Shown here one piece after another: positions 54,213 to 64,000 of a DNA stretch of 64,000 bases. The translations under genes and the position numbers were made by a program. The stretch lies in NCBI GenBank assembly GCA_951406725.2, contig OX597835.1:3782001-3846000 (forward strand), read 5' to 3'. Every line of letters begins with the position of its first letter. Within the stretch, counting starts at the first letter, position 1. The notes beneath the pieces were generated by a model. It searched no databases and was not told the origin of the DNA. It saw only the letters and a program-made list of their open reading frames with translations. This DNA comes from Octopus vulgaris (lineage: Eukaryota).

Positions 54213-54989
54213 TTATGTATGTATGTATTTATGTATGTATGTTTTATATGTATATATATATATATGCATGTGTCTGAATGCGAGTGAGAGAAAGGGAAAG
54301 AGGGGGAGAGTGTGTGTGTTTGGGTGCGTGTTTGTGTGTGTGTGTATGTGTGTGTGTGTATGCCGAATGTGAGTTCATATTTCATAACCCAAGAACTTTG
54401 CCAAATCTTCGTAGTAGCCTGATTAATAAGTGTGTGGCTGCAATATGAAACGAATGGGCAGAAGAAAAGCGAAATCTCTGATCAAATCAGACAAACAGTA
54501 TTTTTCAGGAGAAACTGTTCCATTTGCACTCATTACATAGCGTCGATGCAGTTTATAATTAGCTTAATGGAGCTATCCACCCCGCTCCCAACTCATATTG
54601 CATGTGTGGCCCAGTTTGAAAAAGAGAACAGAGTAGAAGAAGAGAAAGAGAGAGATAGAGAGAGAGAAGAGAAGAGAGGGTGTGTGTATATGTGTATGTA
54701 AGAGAGAGAGAGAATATGAGGGTTAGAGAGTAAAAGTGAAAATGTTATTTGTTTTTTACTGAATATTATTTAGAAAATATAATTTTTCTTCCGCTTCCTT
54801 TTCAAGAAGGAATTAAGCCTCTTAATTGAAAGGGCGTGCGTACTATTATGGGGACTAGGGTTTTGAGAGTGTCACTCAATCTACCTCAGGTGGCTTTATA
54901 TTTAAGCAAAAACGTACTCAATACCACACTTGGTGTATAGCTTTTAAAAAGTTACCGGTGAACGGTACATGAATCTACTATATACAAAC

Positions 54990-55064
<75 letters not shown>

Positions 55065-55127
55065 AATATATACACATCCTTTGTGTTCTGTTTTTGATTT
55101 TATTTGATATATATATATATATATATA

Positions 55128-55325
55128 ACGGGAAGGTTCACGAAAATAAACAAAAGACGAAGGCAGGTGGAGTACAAACAAACAATTATATTAGTATGGC
55201 GCTCAGGAATAGAAATAAAACAAGTCTTTTACGTTTCGAGCCTACGCTCTTCGACAGAAAGATACACAGAAAAGAAACAAGGAGAGAAAAAAAATCCGTG
55301 TAGGAGCTAACGATCCGGCATGGCG
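55128..55325 (-). mobile_element. Family P2 element with well-paired hammerhead fold (55225-55262)
   Basis: UCUUU-CUGUCGA-A-GAGC(GUAG)GCUC-GAAAC-GUA-AAAGA; (TA)n flanks. Confidence 0.75.
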
Positions 55326-55332
55326 TTTATAT

Positions 55333-55587
55333 ATATAAAATACAGTGTACATTTAAACACATTAAGAGATTTCCATCATATGAACCCTTTACGCTAGAAA
55401 GAACAGCTTAAGTCCAAACTACTAATTAGGGATAAATATTCGAAGGGAATGAAAAATAAAAATATTTACCATCTCTTTCTTGAACCATGGTTTCTGACTT
55501 ATTTTAGTAAATAAAATAATCTGCCTGGCGAAGTCTTCCTATGATGAAAACCTCTTAATGTGTTTAAATGTACACCGTATTTTATAT
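55333..55587. mobile_element. MITE-like foldback element with imperfect TIRs of about 50 bp
   Basis: ATATAAAATACAGTGTACATTTAAACACATTAAGAG.. and its reverse complement ending at 55587. Confidence 0.65.
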
Positions 55588-56073
55588 GCCCTTGTTTTAA
55601 AATATTATTTATTCTAAGTGTGATTAAATATTTACAGACGAGAAGGAGGAAAATAGTTTTTAATGAATATCTCGAACTTGATAGAAACGAACGAACGAGC
55701 AACAAAAGCAACAACAACAACGATAATAATAATAATAACAACAACAACAACAACAATAATATGAAACGAAGAAGGAATCGTATTCATTGAGGCAAGTTTT
55801 GGTAAGACTGTGTCCTTCTCTGTATCATGTCGATCGTTTCATTCTCAGAAATAGTTTAGAAGTTGAAACAAAATAGCATTGATGGTTGGAGAGTTTCACT
55901 TTACTACCATTTATAATTCCTGTCAGAATTTAAGAAGTCGACGTCCAATCAGAATTGAGTACAGCTCCTACTTTTAAGTGGGTAGCATCTCACGCGGAGA
56001 ACAGTCTTTCCAAACTCTCTCTCCCTCTCTCTCTCACCCCATCTCTCTCACATACATACATACATATATATAA

Positions 56074-56147
<74 letters not shown>

Positions 56148-56232
56148 TTATGTGCTGTATGAACATTTAATGTGGTTTTAGAGTCAAGTTTTGGCTGTTA
56201 TTTCCAGCGTGGAGGTATCTCTTAGATACCCT

Positions 56233-56324
<92 letters not shown>

Positions 56325-56349
56325 CTTCTTTATAAACTAAATTTTTTTA

Positions 56350-56471
56350 TGGAGTAAACACATAAATGTGAGACAAGGTGGAAAAAAGATTCTAGCAAAA
56401 ACTGTCCGACGAACGGGAACGTGAAACTCAGAGTAACAGGTTTTGTTGAATTTTCTGCTGCTTTAAATAAA

Positions 56472-56472
<1 letters not shown>
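56350..56472 (+). mobile_element. Family P3 element with hammerhead fold (56402-56439), U4C variant
   Basis: CUGU-CCGACGA-ACG(GGAA)CGU-GAA-ACUC(A)GAGU-A-ACAG. Confidence 0.72.
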
Positions 56473-56504
<32 letters not shown>

Positions 56505-56755
56505 CATATTGCAGTTTGAGGAGGCTATCACTAACACCCACTTTGGTAATACAAAAGAAGGTAAACAATGGTCACGAGTCTGGCGGTGTGCTTAGTTCTG
56601 CTGTACTCGATAACAAGGTGTAGTTGGGTCGCTTTAGTGCAATTGTCATCGCAGTCAAGCGCTATTTGTCAGATATAGGGCTCAGTTCCCCGAGGTGATC
56701 CTTTCCACATTTCCCCGGCCATCTACTGCGCTTGTGAATGTATTTAAACCGTAAC

Positions 56756-56792
<37 letters not shown>

Positions 56793-56801
56793 ACAGACAC
56801 A

Positions 56802-56872
<71 letters not shown>

Positions 56873-57461
56873 TTTAGAACCCATATTCGTTTCTTTCGCT
56901 TCACTGACGCTATAATGACTCGCCTTCGAAGAAGTAGTTTGCTATCAGCAATTTTCATCAAGAATATATTTGAGAATCAGGCAAAGATTCCATTTCGTAG
57001 AATTTGATGAAAATTGGTGAGGAAAATATGTTGTACTGGTTTCGCACACCATACAGTTTTTGGTAGGGGTGGAAGGGTGTGTGCTGAAGACTTTCGTTTC
57101 TTCTTGCTGTGTCGTCACATGACCCAGCCACTATTACCAATTAGAAAAGATTAGAATCCGTAGTTAGTCTGTTCGTCTCCTATCTGTTTCCTTTACCCTA
57201 GACTTATAAACGAATCGGTCGATGTTTAACTGGTGTAGAATGATTTTAAAGGAATCTTGGGAATATAGAAATTCTTTATAAGAAAATTGCCGGATTCCTT
57301 TTAAGGGAAATTTTATGATTCTCTATAAACTGGGGAAATATGTTGGAATTCTCAAGGGACGGAATTAGTAGAGTAGGCGTGAACCATACGAATGGAAGCT
57401 GGTGCTGGAATGAAATAAGGTAAATTTGAAACTGTTTCTCAACGCTATGGGTGGAAGCACT

Positions 57462-57838
57462 CCGTCGGTTACGACGACGAGGGTTCCGGTTGATCCGAAT
57501 CAACGGAACAGCCTGCTCGTGAAATTAACGTGCAAGTGGCTGAGCACTCCACAGACACGTGTACCCTTAATGTAGTTCTCGGGGATATTCAGCGTGACAC
57601 AGAGAGTGACAAGGCCGGCTCTTTGAAAATACAGGTACAACAGAAACAGGAAGTAAGAGTGAGAGAAAGTTGTGGTGAAAGAGTACAGCAGGGATCACTA
57701 CCATCCCCTGCCGGAGCCTCGTGGAGCTTTTAGGTGTCTTCGCTCAATAAACACTCACAACGCCCGGTCTGGGAATCGAAACCGCGATCCTATGACCGCG
57801 AGTCCACTGCCCTAACCACTGGGCCATTGCGCCTCCAC
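57462..57838 (-). mobile_element. SINE family C, full length
   Basis: Reverse complement of 23835-24205. Confidence 0.9.
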
Positions 57839-58419
57839 TCTCAACGCTATAATATATTCCTGATTGGACTTTCAGCTAATCATTGAATTCTTTAGTAAAT
57901 AATACCTTTATGTTTCAAACGACCATAAATGTAAAATATAACAGCAACCATAAATTAAGAGTATTGTTAAATACTTCCAGGCCACCCCTGATTAAGAATA
58001 TACCTGTCCAATACCTATGTTCAAATGTATTCCAGCCGTAATCACAGGTTTCTTTTGTCTTATTTTTTTTTTTGTCTATTTCAAACAGTATTGCTCAATG
58101 GCACCTTCCGTTGTTTAAAACGGAAAGGTGTGACTTGAGGGGATTTGGTTGCTATTTCATCTGATCGAATGAATACATCAAAGACTGTCTCGTTGGCTTG
58201 TCGTCATCCTGTGTTGGTGCCGTGTCAGTAGAGCGACCACTTTACTCTATTCATTCTATGTTCAAATCAAAGCAGAGACGTTTATGCATATCGTTCAATC
58301 GGGGTCGGTAAAATATGTACCAGTAATATAATAGAATTGATTCGATCAAAATCTTTCGATTAATTCGAATTCGTTAGTTACAATGAAACCAGCACTCTTG
58401 CCTGTCATCTGTGTGATAT

Positions 58420-59000
58420 ATAATATATGACGTAGAGCGGGGGTCGTGGGTGGATCTTTTTGAGAGTGTGCTTACTTGTGCTTCTTCAATGAAACCATCG
58501 ACGTTAATCGCTAACCTCTTCATTAAAACCCAGGCTGATATCTGAAACTCTGCATTCAACAGAATTATGAACTGAACGCTATCGCTTACGTCCACTTTGT
58601 TGGTGTCCTTTCGCAGCCACCTTATCACCCGCTTTGCCACTCACGTATATATCAAGAGATCCCTAAACAAATCTGGCATGTATTCGTAAAGCTTGCAAAC
58701 CATCCAAATCGGGCGATTTACATCAGTTACCTCTCTATTTCAGTTATTATTACTATCAGCTTTTGGCAGCGCCTTTAGTTTCCCGCCCGCTAAGACTTGC
58801 CACAGTCCATCGAGACAGATAACCTTCACTACTGTCTCCGATTCTTTGCTCGCCCCAAACATTTCGAGTAAAGTGTTTTTTAGGAAGCTGTCAACACTTG
58901 CTGAGCATTGAATAGTATGAATCTATCTTGGAAATGCTGTGAGAATTGTGGCTTTGTTGCCGGGCCACTCTTCTGTTATCCGGTTCCACAAACGGCTTCC
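58420..59000 (-). pseudogene. Decayed Tx1/L1-type LINE reverse transcriptase, N-terminal part
   Basis: RVIRWLRKD..DSVQFIILLNAEFQISAWVLMKRL..IEEAQ..RSTHD resembles RPI.LLN.DYKI.AKVL.RL..Q..GRSI.DN; in-frame stops. Confidence 0.75.
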
Positions 59001-59554
59001 GTTCCATCACCTTTTACCGCACACAGCTCGGACTACGGGAAGGCCACAATGTCGAAGTAATCCACTGCAGTGTATGATTAAGTTGTTCATCTGACAGACT
59101 TGCACGGTTTCTATTTACTCAATCTCATTCATAAAGCTTGCTGGGTTGGGCCCTTAAAAATTATCAATCTTTAAACCGCTATAACTTTAAAAAAAATTCT
59201 ACTGGAAAAAGATAATTATCCTCTGAGATTCAGCGTGGAAAATTATATCAACACACCTAATTTTAAAATCCCACCGCCACTCCACGTGTAACGAAGCAGA
59301 AAAGATTTGATATTTATCCAAGTTGTCATTGAGTGGGATCGAAACCAGAACCGCACTATTGTAAGGCAAACTTCTTAACCATTCAGCCATATAGTGCTCA
59401 CGAAATAAAGACACTGGGAAAAACTATTGACGTGAAAATGTATTTGCTGCGTAAAGTGTTAGTATATAGCCTAAACCTTCTAATTTGAGAAATCTTAAGA
59501 GAGAAAGCCCCAGCATGGCCACAGCTCGTGAGCTGAATCTAGATTTTAAAAAAA

Positions 59555-59717
59555 GCGCAGGAGTGGCTGTGTGGTAAGTAGCTTGCTAACCAACTACATG
59601 GTTCCGGGTTCAGTCCCACTGCGTGGCATCTTGGGCAAGTGTCTTCTGTTATAGCCCCGGGCCGACCAATGCCTTGTGAGTGGATTTGGTAGACGGAAAC
59701 TGAAAGAAGCCTGTCGT

Positions 59718-59773
<56 letters not shown>

Positions 59774-59987
59774 ATTTGTGTGTCTGTGTTTGTTCCCCTA
59801 GCATTGCTTGACAACCGATGCTGGTGTGCTTACGTCCCCATCACTTAGCGGTTCGGCAAAAAGAGACCGATAGAATAAGTACTGGGCTTACAAAGAATAA
59901 GTCCCGGGGTCGATTTGCTCGACTAAAGGTGGTGCTCCAGCATGGCCGCAGTCAAATGACTGAAACAAGTAAAAGAGTAAAAGAGAG
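59555..59987 (+). mobile_element. SINE family A, full length
   Basis: Homology to family A. Confidence 0.9.
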
Positions 59988-60849
59988 TATTTAAAAGTTT
60001 ATTTATTTTGTTGTCATTTTCCCCATTCATCGTTTCACATACACACTCGCGCGCGCACTAGCACAAACACACTTCACCACTCCCTTTTCTGAGCTTCCCC
60101 TATTTTCTGCTCTCTACAGTCCCTACAATGAAGCCGTTGTACGAGAGCCGCCCTGAGGAAATGAGGCGTGAAAATAAACAGCCATTTGTTACGGTTCCTG
60201 CGTATTATGGTAAGATAGTGTCTAAAATTGTTGTAGGCCAGTGAAAAGCCTCAGGAAAGGACTAACCCCCACCTAGACATAAGTCTGTAGTAGACCCCAG
60301 ACTACACGGGTTTAGTTTGTAGCATCCTCTCTAACTCTATCAAACCTGTTCTATGTGAAGGAGGGCGTGTACAAGAGGAGCCAATCAAAATGTCTGAATT
60401 CTCTCAAAGACGATTTCATTTCTCGTTCCTGTATCGAGAGATCGAAAAGCATAGAGCAGTATTCTTAATATTGATTTCTAATCAATAAACAAAGTCAGAT
60501 ATTAGGAGGGGAGGAATAAATGATTTAATCGATCGTTATGTATAACAGGTTCCTATTTCATCAACCGAGGAAGTGAAAACGGTTAATTTCAGTTCGTCAA
60601 GAATTGAACTCACAACGTGAATATTTGACGAGCGAACGGGGAAGCTCCTTCACGATCGATTGATCTGTCAATAATAGCAGCCAAACCTGATTCGAATTAT
60701 ATCCTATTTTCGTTTAGAAAACGACATGAGGAAGAAAGTGCTACAAGATTCAGTAAGCCAATAAAGAAAGATCTAGAAGTTTTGACCACTTGGTTGCTTC
60801 CTCAGCGATGACCTGAAATTAATCAAGAGCCGCAATGATGACTGTATAC

Positions 60850-61371
60850 CTGCGGTTCTCAACCAGTTTTAATCTGTGGATCTCTTTGATTTTATTCTGT
60901 TGGATCCCTGTTGCCATTCGATGTTTAAAGACTAGTTTTATAGATAATTCTTTCAAAATTCCGATTTTGTAATTCTCACATTAACTTGTGTGAGTAGAAT
61001 GTGTATGTAAAATGTTTGCCCAAGAAATTTACCTATTTCTTGCAATAAATAGATTTAAATAAAAAAATTTTTATAGACCCTTAAGATCTTTATGGGCTTA
61101 CTGAAACCTGTAGCACTTTTTTTTCACATGTCATTTTCTGAAAGAAAATAGGATGCAATTTGAACGAGATTTGGCTGCTGTTATAGACAGGCTAATCAAT
61201 CACAAAGGAGCTTCCCCGTTCGTTCGTCAGATGTTCACGTTGTGAGTTCAATTCCCAACGAACTGAACTGCTATGGATTTCCAATTTACGTTTTTTTTTT
61301 TTTTGCGCGGACCCCCAGAATTCTTATAAGGATCTCCTGGGGGTCATATGGATCCCGGTTGAGAACGACTA
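60850..61371. mobile_element. hAT-like MITE
   Basis: TIRs CTGCGGTTCTCAACC / GGTTGAGAACGACTA; 8-bp flanks CTGTATAC and CTGTACAA. Confidence 0.6.
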
Positions 61372-61457
61372 CTGTACAATTACTACCATGTCACTGATCT
61401 TCAGTATCGATAAGAACACAGATCCTGATATCACAACGGAATACTATACACACGGTT

Positions 61458-61895
61458 AAGGCGGTGAGCTGGCAGAACCGTTAGCACGCCGGGCGAAATG
61501 CTTAGCGGTATTTCGTCTGCCGCTACGTTCTGAGCTCAAATTCAGCTGAGGTCGACTTTGCCTTTCATCCTTTCGGGGGTCGATAAATTAAGTACCAGTT
61601 ATGCACTGAGGTCGATGTAATCTACTGAATCCCTTTGTCTGTCCGTATTTGTCTCCTCTATGTGTAGCCCCTTGTGGACAATAAAGAAATAAGAACCGTT
61701 AGCACGCCGGATAAAATGGTTAGCGATATTTCGTTCGTCTTTACGTTCTGACTTGAAATTCCACCGAGGTCGACTTGGCCTTTCATCTTCTTCGGGTCGA
61801 TAAAATAAGTACCAGTTGAACACTGGGGTCGATGTAATGGACTTGCCCTCTCCCCTGAAATTGCTGGTCTTGTACCAATATTTGAAACCAATATA
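61458..61895 (+). mobile_element. SINE family B, dimeric
   Basis: Homology to family B. Confidence 0.85.
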
Positions 61896-62139
61896 ATAAA
61901 AAACATACACACACACACATATATGTTCTGTTTTCACTCAACAATGAAGTTATTATTGTATAATACAGCCGGAATTGCTGCAGAGTTAAAAGGTTCGGTT
62001 TGCAGCCGCCACTGTTTCTGGTTCGATCTCTCCAAGTGGTGGGGGAAGATCTACCTTCACCGGCGACCTCGAGTTAAGTGACTAACTAATTAGTGAAAGA
62101 GTAGACGGAAACTGGGGAGAAGCCTAACCTGTGTGTGTA

Positions 62140-62201
<62 letters not shown>

Positions 62202-62264
62202 CATATATATATATTAGCAGAGATACCCGGCTTTGCTGGGGATTAAAATGGCATAGTTTTTTTT

Positions 62265-62540
62265 ATTGTTTTACTTGTTTCAGTCATGTGACTGCGGCCA
62301 TGATGGAGCACCGCCGTTCGTCGAACAAATCGACCACAGGATTTATTCTTTGTAAGTCTAGTACTTATTCTATGGGATATAAACTCAGTAGCATCGGTTG
62401 TCAAGCAATGTAGGGGTGCAAACACAGACAGCCCCCCCCCCCCACTCACACACACACACAAATATACACATATATACAACAGTCTTTCAGTTTCCCTGTA
62501 CGAAATTCACTCACAAGGCTTTGGTCGGCCTGAGGCTATA
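62265..62540 (-). mobile_element. SINE family A, diverged and deleted
   Basis: Homology to family A. Confidence 0.75.
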
Positions 62541-62559
62541 ATATATATATATATATACA

Positions 62560-62615
<56 letters not shown>

Positions 62616-62781
62616 TATATACATATATATATATATATGTATGTATGTGTGTGTGTGTGTATATCCATATACATATGGTCAGAGAACCTACTTCTTCGTT
62701 ACCATTATAGAGTCAGAGACTTTTTAATGATCAGATTTAATCTGGTCGCTGTATGAATCTAGATTTTCATTTTTCAATGTA

Positions 62782-62953
<172 letters not shown>

Positions 62954-63282
62954 TTCTTGTTTTTGTTTTATTTATCATTAGCGTTTTACTAAAACCTCAA
63001 ATCAAAAGAAATTAATGATATATTTTTGGGCTGTTACTAATTAACAGTGTAGCCTTAATCAACTCACCACGTTTTTTACTATTCTATTATTATTAAATTA
63101 TTGGTTGGGACCACAAAAAAAAAAGTTTTTTAATTTATTTGGCAGAAAGTTTAATTAACAACAATTGTAGAGTAGAATGAAAACTAAAATGAACTTTCAT
63201 TGTTGCTGAAAAAAAAATAGAAAAGAAGGTGAAAGAACAACTGAAGAAAGAAATATTTGACTGTACTGTATATCAGAGAAGG

Positions 63283-63401
<119 letters not shown>

Positions 63402-64000
63402 GATAAGGAATAGCTATTTCCGACTTGTAATAAATTAATGAACTAATTAATAAAAATCAATTATTAGCAATAACGAATACAATAGAAGTCAATGAGGGAG
63501 CCTCGATGTGGTCTGTCAGCGTACTAGAAATAAAAACCATATCCCTCTCAAATTACGCATGACTGTTCTAGAAAAGAATATATTCTAGTTGCCTGGAAAG
63601 GACTGGGTTGTTATGGTTGGATTGATTTTGATCATAGATCTGGTTAAAAAGAGTTGACCTAGGGTTGAAGACCACCATCACCAACTACAACAGTAATGAA
63701 GCCTATATTCATCTCTTCTCTTGGGTTTTCCATCTTAAAGCCCGACAGAATGGTAAGAAAGCGATCATTCAGATTCGATTGTACTTGGCAAATACTCTCC
63801 ACTGCATAGTATAGTGTTGGGTTTTGTTCTGTTCTAATTAAATTTGTCAGTTCAAATCCTGCCCTCAGTTTACCTTTCACACTTTATTTCCCTTGGGATC
63901 AATAAAATATTTACTAAGCATGTCCGGAAGTTAACGAAATTGCCAACACCCTATCGACAAACGTGTGTCTTGAGCGTTCAACTCCTGACAGACTTGTAAC

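Noticed and set aside
58374-58640. Host exon with a GTAAGC donor
   Set aside because: The frame matches a LINE RT on both sides of the apparent donor and has upstream stops

Overview
This is AT-rich, repeat-saturated animal DNA, intergenic or intronic. The SINE families and extreme microsatellite load point to an octopus or other coleoid cephalopod genome (inference). Almost every ORF in the supplied track is a microsatellite or SINE artefact. Supported content: four tRNA-headed SINE families (about 30 copies or fragments), 3' fragments of RTE and R4/Dong LINEs, a decayed Tx1/L1-type RT, a decayed Gypsy pol split by a Helitron, three complete non-autonomous Helitrons, two mariner relics, MITEs, two Penelope-type GIY-YIG remnants, and one credible phase-1/phase-1 coding exon (minus strand, 29124-29294) with an Ig-like motif. 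The most interesting signal is at least five unrelated families of short non-coding elements sitting in (TA)n or (AAT)n microsatellites. Each folds into a minimal type I hammerhead ribozyme with a palindromic stem III that has no loop or a 1-nt loop, and together they show canonical, U4C, A6U and G3:C8 core variants. All calls are by eye; nothing was checked against databases.
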